This document shows positions 15,484-23,627 of a stretch of DNA of 51,557 nucleotides, one piece after another. Within the stretch, counting starts at the first letter, position 1. Each line of letters begins with the position of its first letter. The DNA is taken from the IMG/VR virus record IMGVR_UViG_3300008110_000439, positions 1-51,557 of that record. The stretch is one strand, 5' to 3'. This stretch comes from a virus (Duplodnaviria > Caudoviricetes). The translations under genes were made by a program, and so were the position numbers. The notes under the pieces were generated by a model, which ran no database searches, was not told where the DNA came from, and saw only the letters and a list, made by a program, of their open reading frames with translations.

Positions 15484-15713
15484 TGGCTGAGCTATCAAAA
15501 GAGGCGCAAGCCGTGCTGGATGCTGCCTTCACACTGGCCGACAACCTTGACCGTGATGTCACCGATACGGAGATGATCGCCGCCGCCCTCCGCGCTGCTG
15601 CGGATCAGGTGGTGCCACACGAGTATTTGATCGGAGTTGATGCTGCAGTAGAAGCTCGGCAACTGACCCGCCTTCGTCTCCTCGCCATCGCCGCCGAGCT
15701 TCAAGCCGAATGA
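15480..15713 (+). CDS. hypothetical protein
   Basis: LS..AQAVLDA...IAAALRAAADQVVP...LLAIAAEL. Confidence 0.7.
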   Translation: MMAELSKEAQAVLDAAFTLADNLDRDVTDTEMIAAALRAAADQVVPHEYLIGVDAAVEARQLTRLRLLAIAAELQAE

Positions 15714-15799
15714 CACCCCACCTGCTGTTCGAGCTGCTGGTCGTCTACGTCGTGGCGTGCTGCTTGGCGCTGTGGCTGGCGTCCAAGCTGCTGCCGTGA
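15710..15799 (+). CDS. 29-aa membrane micropeptide, copy 2
   Basis: MTPHLLFELLVVYVVACCLALWLASKLLP; ATGA-coupled. Confidence 0.7.
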   Translation: MTPHLLFELLVVYVVACCLALWLASKLLP

Positions 15800-15963
15800 T
15801 TGGGGTGGGGAGGTGGCGCCGGCTCTCGCGCCTGCACGCCTCACCGCAGCCTCCACACTGCGGAATGCCCAGCGATTGAATCGTTGGATAAGCAGCGTAG
15901 CGGATAAGCGGCGGTTGCGTGCCAGGCGAACATTACCCCTACTGATCAACCCACTTACACCTC

Positions 15964-16200
15964 ATGAACTTAGGTGAACAGCGCTGCCCGCAATGCCATG
16001 GCGTGATGCGCCTGGTAATGCAGGAGCAGACCTACAACGGCAGAGCCAAGCGGCGCCGGAACCAGTGCTACGACTGCAAGCACCGCACCACCAGCTACGT
16101 GCTTAGCGAGGAGTTCTTCACGCAGCTCGTGGCTGCCCACGACATCGTGGAGCGTCTTCAGGGCTTCTACTTTGATCACTGCGATCCTGAGCAGGACTAG
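15964..16200 (+). CDS. NrdR-N-like zinc-ribbon protein
   Basis: CPQC...RRRNQCYDCKHRTTSY. Confidence 0.7.
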   Translation: MNLGEQRCPQCHGVMRLVMQEQTYNGRAKRRRNQCYDCKHRTTSYVLSEEFFTQLVAAHDIVERLQGFYFDHCDPEQD

Positions 16201-16202
16201 GG

Positions 16203-16231
16203 TTGCGCCATACACTTTGCTTAGCTAAGCT
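16203..16231 (+). promoter_or_regulatory. putative sigma70-type promoter
   Basis: TTGCGC-17 bp-TAAGCT. Confidence 0.4.
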
Positions 16232-16269
16232 GGTGGTGCTCTAAGCTACTCAACAAACCACACAAACTT

Positions 16270-16446
16270 ATGGATGCGCCACCTAGCGGGCGGTACACAG
16301 AGCGTTATGAAGTCACGCTTAGACATCGGGTCAGCAGGTTACTGCGCACCCAGGTGGTCGAGGCGGAAGACATGTACCACGCCATGATCTGCGCTAAGGA
16401 GCAGTACCTTGGCCATACCGTGGTCCGCATCACAGCACTTGACTAG
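16270..16446 (+). CDS. hypothetical protein, 58 aa, not in ORF track
   Basis: MDAPPSGRYTERYEVTLRHRVSRLLRTQVVEAEDMYHAMICAKEQYLGHTVVRITALD. Confidence 0.6.
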   Translation: MDAPPSGRYTERYEVTLRHRVSRLLRTQVVEAEDMYHAMICAKEQYLGHTVVRITALD

Positions 16447-16462
16447 TTCTACCAAGCAACCT

Positions 16463-16612
16463 ATGCAACTTAAGCGTTTTGTTTTTCACTTCCCTAAGTT
16501 AAATCTTTTTGAAGTGATTTCCGCTTCCTGCTTAGCTGAAGCGCGACAAAAGTTGATTGAGAGTCGCTTAGCCCCTTTCTACAACCAAGCTGTACTAATT
16601 AGCAATGACTGA
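16463..16612 (+). CDS. hypothetical protein
   Basis: MQLKRFVFHF...EVISASCLAEARQKL. Confidence 0.55.
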   Translation: MQLKRFVFHFPKLNLFEVISASCLAEARQKLIESRLAPFYNQAVLISND

Positions 16613-16838
16613 ACGCTTAGCCATTTACTTACTAAGACTTAATTGCGATCGACCAGTAAGGGTTACGCGGATACCTGGATCGCGCCATGGCGTAGCGGTC
16701 CAAGGCCTAGACCCACGGGACCTAGGTCGAGCGGGATTAAGTCTGCGCATTCAGGCCGCGCTTCGGCTTCTGTACTTAGTTAACCCTTTAGCTGGGGTGG
16801 TGTTTTTCAAGCATGTCGTTGAGGTGACCTTGCCATGA
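16605..16838 (+). CDS. hypothetical protein
   Basis: 77-aa ORF overlapping both neighbours. Confidence 0.5.
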   Translation: MTERLAIYLLRLNCDRPVRVTRIPGSRHGVAVQGLDPRDLGRAGLSLRIQAALRLLYLVNPLAGVVFFKHVVEVTLP

Positions 16839-17209
16839 GCCGAGCACGCATTTCTATTTATCGAGAAGATCGGATCTGGGATCTACGGTGCCAGGGCTAT
16901 GACTACGACTCGATTGCCCGCATCGTGAATGTTTCGCCCAGTCTCACGGGGGTAATTCGGCGTATTAGGCGGCGTCCCAGCGTGGAGGTAGATCCTGTTA
17001 GGCGCGGACGCCGGTGCAACTTCCTAAGCGATGCGCAGCTTGAGGACATAAAGCTGCGATACGCCAATGGGCAGCGACAAGGCGACATCGGCAAGGTGTA
17101 CGGACTTAGCAATTCGGCAATTAGCCACATTTGTACTGGTCGTACCTATACAGAACCCGAGCCTGGCTACAACTACGACTTCACCAACCGACTACTTAGG
17201 CGCAGCTGA
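16835..17209 (+). CDS. double helix-turn-helix DNA-binding protein
   Basis: IWDLRCQGYDYDSIARIVNVS and LSDAQLEDIK...Q.DIG..YGLSNSAISHI. Confidence 0.75.
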   Translation: MSRARISIYREDRIWDLRCQGYDYDSIARIVNVSPSLTGVIRRIRRRPSVEVDPVRRGRRCNFLSDAQLEDIKLRYANGQRQGDIGKVYGLSNSAISHICTGRTYTEPEPGYNYDFTNRLLRRS

Positions 17210-17338
17210 CTTGATCCAGCGGAGAACGCGGCTGTAAGGAATGCGCAGTGCAGCCGCAATGGACTTAGCACTCATGCCGCCTTTATGCATAAAGAGTACG
17301 AGCTTGGGGTCCGGCGGTGCTGGTGTTTCGCTGGTCAT
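17192..17338 (-). CDS. small HTH protein, 48 aa, not in ORF track
   Basis: MTSETPAPPDPKLVLFMHKGGMSAKSIAAALRIPYSRVLRWIKSAAPK. Confidence 0.6.
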   Translation of the reverse strand: MTSETPAPPDPKLVLFMHKGGMSAKSIAAALRIPYSRVLRWIKSAAPK

Positions 17339-17418
17339 GGGCGTATGCGCAGCAATGCAAGCAGTTTAGCGCGTTAAGTGTAAGCTGTTTGTTGGTTCCT
17401 CTTACCACTTCAAAACAT

Positions 17419-17700
17419 ATGGCAGACTTTGAGTCCGTTTCGTTGGCGGAAGTGAAGGTTCGCACTGGTCGCAAGTGCAAAACGGCCCCTCTGCGGGAAG
17501 CCGTGGCTGCGCTGCAGGTGGGTGATGCTTTCTTCGTGCCCTACTCCAGTGAGGAGGTCAAGGAGGGCTACCGGCCCAGCACCGTTACCCAGGTGGTTGG
17601 GACAATGAGCCGCGCCAATCCGGCGGTGCGTTACTCCGTTCGGCGTGACGCCAAGCAGGCGGGGTGCTTTGTGGTGTGCGTTGCTCGCCCCCAAGCCTGA
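17419..17700 (+). CDS. putative small DNA-binding protein
   Basis: GRK...L.VGDAFFVP...RYSVRR motif. Confidence 0.65.
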   Translation: MADFESVSLAEVKVRTGRKCKTAPLREAVAALQVGDAFFVPYSSEEVKEGYRPSTVTQVVGTMSRANPAVRYSVRRDAKQAGCFVVCVARPQA

Positions 17701-17785
17701 CCACGATGTAGTACGCTATGGGTCCCGGCGCAAGCTGGGGCCTTAGCCCTACCACTTAAACCACGTAAATCTCACAGCAAGTCTT

Positions 17786-18199
17786 ATGGGTCTCACGTTC
17801 CTTAGTAAAAGCCTCGAACGCACAGTCGATCTCGATGGCCTTAGCTCCTTACCCCTTAGTGATGTGCGGGCACTCCACGCCGAGCTGGTGGTGGCGGTGC
17901 AGTCGATGGACGACAGCGTGAACGAAGCGCTCAAGATGCAAGAGCTCAGCGGCATCTCCGCTGATATGGACTGGGTGCATCGCGTGCGTAAAAAGCGCCG
18001 CATCTGTGTGGCATTTGCTGCACAGGCCAAGCAGCTACTAGACACGAAGTCGAATGACAGCACGTTCCAGGGCGCTTACACGCAGCATCTAGACGCGCTG
18101 ATTCTTAAAGAACTTGGTGCGACGGTCTATGGCGAGATCAAGGATGAGGCGCGGGAGCTTGCGCTTGCTGATCTTCAAGCAGGGACTCCAGCCGCATAA
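17786..18199 (+). CDS. hypothetical protein
   Basis: 137-aa helical ORF. Confidence 0.65.
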   Translation: MGLTFLSKSLERTVDLDGLSSLPLSDVRALHAELVVAVQSMDDSVNEALKMQELSGISADMDWVHRVRKKRRICVAFAAQAKQLLDTKSNDSTFQGAYTQHLDALILKELGATVYGEIKDEARELALADLQAGTPAA

Positions 18200-18341
18200 T
18201 CTCCCACACAGCCTGCTGCAGCATCTCCTGGTAGCTGATGCAGGCACGGTAAAGCGCTGCTTCCCGTGGTGGCATTGACCGTACTGCTAATTCGATTTGT
18301 AACTCACGTTCTGGTGTTACAGATCGCTTAAGCCATTCCAT
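18138..18341 (-). CDS. hypothetical protein
   Basis: 67 aa, preceded by a TAGGCT element. Confidence 0.55.
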   Translation of the reverse strand: MEWLKRSVTPERELQIELAVRSMPPREAALYRACISYQEMLQQAVWEIMRLESLLEDQQAQAPAPHP

Positions 18342-18399
18342 AGGTCGAGTCTTGCTTAAGGTAGCCTAGGCCGGCCTACGTTGTTTTCTACGCTTACTA

Positions 18400-18633
18400 A
18401 TGACTGAATTTCGTGCCACGCTCCAGTGGATTGAGGATGAGGAGGAGAAGAGCCGCCATGGAGAAGGTGTAAGCCGCGCTCCAGCAGGTTCCAAAACCAA
18501 GGAATTTCGCCTCGTGGTCAAGCAGGCTGGAACGAAACCGATGACGCTCATTATGCGGGCAGAGTCGAAGCGAAAAGCTCAGCAATATGCGCAAGCCCGG
18601 TGGCCGAGTGCCCAGGTGGAGGTAATTGGATGA
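18400..18633 (+). CDS. hypothetical protein
   Basis: 77 aa, RAES...AQQYAQARWPSA. Confidence 0.65.
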   Translation: MTEFRATLQWIEDEEEKSRHGEGVSRAPAGSKTKEFRLVVKQAGTKPMTLIMRAESKRKAQQYAQARWPSAQVEVIG

Positions 18634-18785
18634 ATTGGTGGCGCGTAATGGCGAAGGCCTTAGGAGAGAAGGCGCATCCTGATCCTCGCGTAGCCGATCA
18701 AGTAGCCCTAATTCGTTTTGCAATCCTTTTAGCTTATATGCTTACTAACTTACACATTGTTCTTAATACGTGGAGGCATTGGTAG
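18630..18785 (+). CDS. small membrane protein of a cyanophage-type family
   Basis: W..AKALGEKA....AD.VA.IR...TN..I......HW, recalled family pattern. Confidence 0.65.
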   Translation: MNWWRVMAKALGEKAHPDPRVADQVALIRFAILLAYMLTNLHIVLNTWRHW

Positions 18786-19133
18786 GTGAATCGCCTATGT
18801 GAAAAGTGCAAAAGCTCTAGGCTGCGCATGACCGAATCCCATATGATCAGCGGCAATCGCGTACGTAGGGTTAGGCGAGTCTGTAGAGACTGTGGGCATC
18901 GCCACACGCTCTACGAAGTAAGCAAGGAGGTTCTTGAGGAACTTGACGAAAGCGTGGCGTTGCTTAAGCAACTTCGCAACATCTTAGGCGTGGATCAGCG
19001 CCTACCTTTAATTCAATGTGATTCTTGTACTTACTGGGGTGACAATGGGTGCTCGATGGACTTCCCGGAGGCTGGCGGCAAGTTTGCTGGCGAATGCTCC
19101 GTATACACGTCCCAAAGGGAAGAAGCAGTGTGA
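18786..19133 (+). CDS. NrdR-N-like zinc ribbon plus C-terminal Cys4 domain
   Basis: CEKC...RRVCRDCGHRHTLYE; CDSCTYW...CSMDFPEAGGKFAGEC. Confidence 0.7.
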   Translation: MNRLCEKCKSSRLRMTESHMISGNRVRRVRRVCRDCGHRHTLYEVSKEVLEELDESVALLKQLRNILGVDQRLPLIQCDSCTYWGDNGCSMDFPEAGGKFAGECSVYTSQREEAV

Positions 19134-19374
19134 GCAGTGCGGCAACCCTATGCACGGATTGCGGCTTTGCTCGGAGTGCTTCGGCAGATCTGAGGATGGG
19201 CGCAGGGAAAGGGCGCTTAAGTATCTGCAGGACAAGTGTGTTCCGCTGGAAAACGGAGGCCCTTGTGCTGCATGCGTTCACTGGGCCGGTAAGTGCGACC
19301 TAGGCTTGCCTGAGGCAGGCTCCACCTATGCCGCTAATTGTCCCGCCATGCTTACCGAGTGCTTAAGCCAATGA
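19084..19374 (+). CDS. Cys-rich protein with the shared Cys4 domain; start uncertain
   Basis: CEQC...CSEC...CAACVHWAGKCDLGLPEAGSTYAANC. Confidence 0.6.
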   Translation: MLANAPYTRPKGKKQCEQCGNPMHGLRLCSECFGRSEDGRRERALKYLQDKCVPLENGGPCAACVHWAGKCDLGLPEAGSTYAANCPAMLTECLSQ

Positions 19375-19649
19375 CGCATCCTTTTCTGAACCGCCTAGAA
19401 GTAGCGCTTATCCGCTTACTGGTTAGATCGCCCAATATCGGCTTCATCATGGTGAAGCACAGAGGAAGCAACGTGAGCTGGGTTCTGCATGACCTGAGCG
19501 ATCCAGCGCCTGGTGATCCTTATGAGGATGCCGAGGAAGCCCCGTCCTATGCCGATCAGCTCCATGGGGAGCCAACTTGTGAAGAAGATGGGGAGCCTTT
19601 GTCGATGCAGTTCGAGCGGCTCTACCATTTACCCGACGCAGAGCGTTAG
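19371..19649 (+). CDS. hypothetical protein
   Basis: ATGA-coupled, MTHPFLNRLE...SMQFERLYHLPDAER. Confidence 0.65.
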   Translation: MTHPFLNRLEVALIRLLVRSPNIGFIMVKHRGSNVSWVLHDLSDPAPGDPYEDAEEAPSYADQLHGEPTCEEDGEPLSMQFERLYHLPDAER

Positions 19650-19739
19650 GCGTGTATCTGCCCACGACGGGCCACGGATCTTTCGGGGTCCACCCACTTG
19701 TGTGGGGGCTTGACACCTACTACAAACCTTGGTTTTTCG

Positions 19740-19985
19740 ATGGACACTCAGTTTATTGGGGCACTCCAGCAGTTGAGCGCTGCGAAGCTTTGCGAAGAGC
19801 TGAAGCCATGGCAAATCGAGAACGGTAAGGCTGCGTTTCTTGATTACCTGTACGAACTGTACGAGCGAGGTTCAGCCGAACCAGGCTTGCGTGGCACGTA
19901 CACGGGTCTAGTCGAACGCTTCAAGCACGACACTTTTGAAATCATCCGCGCTGGTTTTATCAGTAGCGGCACTAATCCTGCTTAG
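19740..19985 (+). CDS. hypothetical protein
   Basis: FLDYLYELY.R.....GTYTGL. Confidence 0.6.
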   Translation: MDTQFIGALQQLSAAKLCEELKPWQIENGKAAFLDYLYELYERGSAEPGLRGTYTGLVERFKHDTFEIIRAGFISSGTNPA

Positions 19986-19990
19986 ACCTT

Positions 19991-20533
19991 GTGAAAAAAC
20001 TTATCGGTTTGTACAGCCCGGCTGCACAGTCGGGAAAATCTTCTGTCGCTAAGTTTTTAGCGCAGGAGTGTGGCTATGAAGTTGTACCTTTTGCGCAAAC
20101 GCTTAAGGAGATGCTTATTCCTGTACTTAATGCACTGGGATATAACAACGACGATGCTTACCGCTTAGTTCATGTGGACAAAGCTATCGTCGTGCCAAGG
20201 GCGGAGGTAAGTGTTCGGCATATGCTGCGCACGCTGGGTACAGAATGGGGTAGGCAGTGTGTCCATCCCGATATCTGGCTTAGGTGTTGGGAAGAACGCA
20301 TTAAGCCACATGATTTAGTTGTAGCGGATGACGTGCGTTTCCCTAATGAGGCGGAGTTAATCCGTCGCCTAGGGGGTGAGTTGTGGTGCGTTGAGCGACC
20401 GGGCGTGCTGCGTACCCATGAACATGCCAGCGAAGGGAGCTTGGACACGTACCAGCACTTCACGAAGCTTATTGCGAATAACGGGTCGCTTAGTGACTTA
20501 GTTGATAAGCTGCGTGAAATTGCGCAGCCTTAG
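19991..20533 (+). CDS. deoxynucleoside monophosphate kinase
   Basis: P-loop QSGKSS, FAQTLK, R.L..LGTEWGR, DDVRFPNE, H.SE motifs of T4 gp1/T5-like dNMP kinases. Confidence 0.9.
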   Translation: MKKLIGLYSPAAQSGKSSVAKFLAQECGYEVVPFAQTLKEMLIPVLNALGYNNDDAYRLVHVDKAIVVPRAEVSVRHMLRTLGTEWGRQCVHPDIWLRCWEERIKPHDLVVADDVRFPNEAELIRRLGGELWCVERPGVLRTHEHASEGSLDTYQHFTKLIANNGSLSDLVDKLREIAQP

Positions 20534-20841
20534 TGGCAAGTCTGCGGTATCACGCCGGTCGGATGGTTCTCTACGAGGGAACTGATGGCTGGCGTGTCCG
20601 CATTAAAAGCCATACGACCAAGCTTGATCTGCCGCTCAGCTGCGCTGACTTAGAGGAGGCGATACTCGAAGCGGAACAGCTCTATGCGGATGCGCGGGCT
20701 GTGACGAATACAGCTCCGAAGTGCTATCAGTGCGTTCATTGGAAGCCAAGCAAAGCAGAATGTGGATTGGACTTTCCTGAGGGCCGTTCCAGTGGAGGAA
20801 ACTACGCCAAGTACTGCTGCGCTTTCTGGGCTAAGCCTTAA
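20533..20841 (+). CDS. hypothetical protein with the shared Cys4 domain
   Basis: CYQCVHW...CGLDFPEG..SGGNYAKYC. Confidence 0.7.
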   Translation: MASLRYHAGRMVLYEGTDGWRVRIKSHTTKLDLPLSCADLEEAILEAEQLYADARAVTNTAPKCYQCVHWKPSKAECGLDFPEGRSSGGNYAKYCCAFWAKP

Positions 20842-20845
20842 TGCG

Positions 20846-21043
20846 GTGCCAGACGATGCAATTGATTGTGGTGATGGGTTCTATATAGAGCAGAGTACGG
20901 AACCGTGCGGAGAACCTAGGTACAGGAGTTGTAGTCCTGGTGGTGCAATAGGTCGGTATTCCAATGACTTATGGCAGGCTCAGATCTATATCGAGCATCT
21001 GAAGGGGAATCTACCGGGCGGATCCAGTCATATAACCGCTTAG
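20846..21043 (+). CDS. hypothetical protein
   Basis: GFYIE...RYRSC.PGG..RYSNDLWQA. Confidence 0.55.
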   Translation: MPDDAIDCGDGFYIEQSTEPCGEPRYRSCSPGGAIGRYSNDLWQAQIYIEHLKGNLPGGSSHITA

Positions 21044-21311
21044 CGCGAATGAGATCCCAATGAAGTTGGGACATCCACCAAAGCCATACAGGTGAGTGCG
21101 CTTTACTGATGTTGCAATCGAGGCAGGCTGGAACGCAATTTTCCGGTGATGTGGCTCCGCCCTTTGCCTTAGGCCTTACGTGATCGATGGTTGTGGCGTA
21201 GGTGCCACAGTAGGCACAGGTATGGTCCCAAGCGGAGAAGATTGAGGCTCTGAACTTTTGCCTAGTGGCTTTTTTGCTAAGCAGATGCGTGCCATCAATC
21301 TGATGCTCCAT
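20916..21311 (-). CDS. HNH endonuclease (McrA-like, zinc-binding)
   Basis: CAYCG...TIDHVRPKAKGG....NCVPACLDCNISK. Confidence 0.85.
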   Translation of the reverse strand: MEHQIDGTHLLSKKATRQKFRASIFSAWDHTCAYCGTYATTIDHVRPKAKGGATSPENCVPACLDCNISKAHSPVWLWWMSQLHWDLIRAKRLYDWIRPVDSPSDARYRSEPAISHWNTDLLHHQDYNSCT

Positions 21312-21471
21312 GGACGGGAAGCATGTAGGTGTCTATCTCTATGTCAATGATGTCGTCGTCGCTCTTAAAGCACTCGCTTATGCGCGCGTAAACGTCGCCC
21401 GCAATGTTGTCGGGCTCCTGGGCCGTCTCTAGGTAGAACTTACCTCGTATCTCGATGAGGTAGCGCTCCAT
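21295..21471 (-). CDS. acidic hypothetical protein, 58 aa, not in ORF track
   Basis: MERYLIEIRGKFYLETAQEPDNIAGDVYARISECFKSDDDIIDIEIDTY... Confidence 0.6.
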   Translation of the reverse strand: MERYLIEIRGKFYLETAQEPDNIAGDVYARISECFKSDDDIIDIEIDTYMLPVHGASD

Positions 21472-21499
21472 GGAGGAGAGACGGCTGATATAAGCCTAG

Positions 21500-22024
21500 C
21501 TAGGCCGACTGCTGCCAACTCGGCATCACGCGGGTTTGATTGTTGTAATGACCTGTAAGTGCGTAGTCTAGTGTCGGCTTACTGGACATAAGCAGGAATA
21601 CCATTTGACCTATTAGAAGGCCAGGGTAAAGGGGTAGATTATGGTATGTGCGGTTATTTTTTAGTTCCAATGTGAGCTTACTGCCAGTCCAATTGCAGTC
21701 AGCGAAGCCTGCATGGCTATGCTCATAACCTTCGCGCGCACGAGAAGACTTAAGACAGAATATTCCGCAAATGTCTTCGGGCATAATGAAGACCTCTTCC
21801 GTTTCAGCTAAGAGGAATTCTCCCGGTGCTAGGTAGTAAGGCTTCTGCTTAGTGCAGTGACTTATGTCGAGCAGTTGCAGCTCTGGAGTGTGGCTTACCT
21901 CGACCATTAGGTGCGCACCAAGGCGCAGATCAAGGGAGGCGGGATTTAAGAGGGCTTCCTCGAAAGGAGTGACCATAGCCTCGTCACAGCAAAGGCGCTT
22001 AATTTCGTCGTCGTGCAGAATCAC
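21500..22024 (-). CDS. dcd: dCTP deaminase
   Basis: LNPASLDLRLG, L.PGEF.LAET.E, KSSRAREG, AGF.D, LTLELKN, IGQMVF. Confidence 0.9.
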   Translation of the reverse strand: MILHDDEIKRLCCDEAMVTPFEEALLNPASLDLRLGAHLMVEVSHTPELQLLDISHCTKQKPYYLAPGEFLLAETEEVFIMPEDICGIFCLKSSRAREGYEHSHAGFADCNWTGSKLTLELKNNRTYHNLPLYPGLLIGQMVFLLMSSKPTLDYALTGHYNNQTRVMPSWQQSA

Positions 22025-22042
22025 AAGTTTAAGCGCGTAAGC

Positions 22043-23110
22043 TTAGTAGTCCCATTGTACCTTAGGTCTACCAGTTCGGATACCGGTATGGATGAATCCC
22101 TTGGGTGCGCCTAGGCCTGTGCTATAGGGCCAGTTTTTAACGCACCAGTCCTGTAGTTTATAAATGTCTACGCCCTCGATATACCAGTCCACAGCCCCGA
22201 CATTGGGGGCGTTGTACAGGTGCTCCGAGTTGCTGGCCCCGCCAACAGAATCGTTGATGGCCTTAGGCCTGTAACCACTCGTAATAATCACAGGTTTATT
22301 ACCGAAGGCGGTGCGGGCGCGTTCTAGAAAAGCCGCAAGTTCGGCAGCAGTATCAATTTGATGCTGGACCGTAAAGCGGCGTGCCTCTTGGCCTAGGGCA
22401 AATTCGCTTAAGGTAATGTGAGGAGTTAGGTGAGCAGTAAAAGGAGAGTTGGGCGTCAGACGACCTGGCTGCTGTGTAACTTTGGGTGCTTGTTGCGTAC
22501 CAAGGAACAGGCTTAGTTCAGCAGCACGACGGCGGACTAGGCCCGGCAGCACTTTGCCATCACCTTTGTTCCATTTCGGCAGCTCTTCCGCAGCCACTTT
22601 GCCGGGGACCTCGCCAGCTAGAAGACGCTTGCGTAGTGTCGATTCTTCGACCGCACCAAGGCCCACGTTGTAGGCCCAGCTAATTAGGGCAGCTTGCTGA
22701 TTAGTGGGAAACTTAGCAAGTGGAGGAATTAGCTGAAACAGCCGCTTAGCGTAAGTACTTTGTACTTGTGCGCTTAGTAGTTGTTCGGCTTTTTCTTTGC
22801 TTACCTTATCGCCTAAGCGAACGGAGCGGCCGTCAAGGATTGTGGTGCCGTAGCCAATGGTGGGGATGCCGGCTGGGCAGATGTAGGCGTCCAGGCGCAA
22901 GCCCTCGAATTCGCGAATCAACTTGAGCGCCGGTTCGAGCCAGGCTGGATCGGGAGATGCCTTGACTGGAGGTGCAGCACGAAACAGTTCTAGGAATTCC
23001 GTCTGCTGCTCAGCGCTTAGCCAAGCCCAGGCTGCGTTCCAGGCAGCTATTTGGTGTGGTTGGGGGGCTTGCTTGTCGGTCCACTTGGCAGCTGTCAGAA
23101 AGTTGCTCAT
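22043..23110 (-). CDS. endolysin: GH24 lysozyme plus peptidase M15 domain
   Basis: FEGLRLDAYICPAGIPTIGYGTT...GLVRRRAAE; ITSGYR...N..VGGASNSEH...AVD...FIH. Confidence 0.9.
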   Translation of the reverse strand: MSNFLTAAKWTDKQAPQPHQIAAWNAAWAWLSAEQQTEFLELFRAAPPVKASPDPAWLEPALKLIREFEGLRLDAYICPAGIPTIGYGTTILDGRSVRLGDKVSKEKAEQLLSAQVQSTYAKRLFQLIPPLAKFPTNQQAALISWAYNVGLGAVEESTLRKRLLAGEVPGKVAAEELPKWNKGDGKVLPGLVRRRAAELSLFLGTQQAPKVTQQPGRLTPNSPFTAHLTPHITLSEFALGQEARRFTVQHQIDTAAELAAFLERARTAFGNKPVIITSGYRPKAINDSVGGASNSEHLYNAPNVGAVDWYIEGVDIYKLQDWCVKNWPYSTGLGAPKGFIHTGIRTGRPKVQWDY

Positions 23111-23370
23111 CGGTGGCTTAAGGCAGCTTTGATGGGGTCATAGGCCAGTACCACAAGGTCCAGCATGTCCTTATTTAACTTTCCGCCCGTGCTTTTAACA
23201 ATGGCGCTGCTTATTGCACTTTGCACGACAGAAGGTGGGGCCTGGTTCATAAGCAACTTTGGCACCTCTGCGTCGAGTTGCTTGTAGATCTTGGGTAGCG
23301 CTTGCTCTAGGGCTTTGTCCATAGCCAACTTAAGCAGCACTTTGGCTAGGCGGATAAGTAGATGCTTCAT
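23107..23370 (-). CDS. lysis-cassette hypothetical protein
   Basis: 87 aa, coupled to the endolysin. Confidence 0.6.
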   Translation of the reverse strand: MKHLLIRLAKVLLKLAMDKALEQALPKIYKQLDAEVPKLLMNQAPPSVVQSAISSAIVKSTGGKLNKDMLDLVVLAYDPIKAALSHR

Positions 23371-23372
23371 GG

Positions 23373-23627
23373 TCAGTCGGCCTTCCTACTAAGGCTAATC
23401 AGTGTGGTGAGTACGCCCATCAAAACGGTGACGGTACGAGCATCAACGTCGTTGCAGCCCAGTGGTGCGGGGTCAATATTGGCGCCATCGGCAGTACCAC
23501 TGTATTTGGCGTACCAGGGCCAGACCTGAGGGAGGACGTAGAAGCGACAGGCACCCCACTGCAGGATGGCGACCAAGGTGAGCACTCCGGCTACACCGAC
23601 AATTGACCTCCACAGCCAATTAGGCAT
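23373..23627 (-). CDS. membrane protein (holin-like)
   Basis: Two hydrophobic segments, in the lysis cassette. Confidence 0.55.
   Translation of the reverse strand: MPNWLWRSIVGVAGVLTLVAILQWGACRFYVLPQVWPWYAKYSGTADGANIDPAPLGCNDVDARTVTVLMGVLTTLISLSRKAD

Noticed and set aside
15800-15960. Possible tRNA or structured RNA in the intergenic gap
   Set aside because: No cloverleaf, T-loop or convincing conserved fold could be identified by eye
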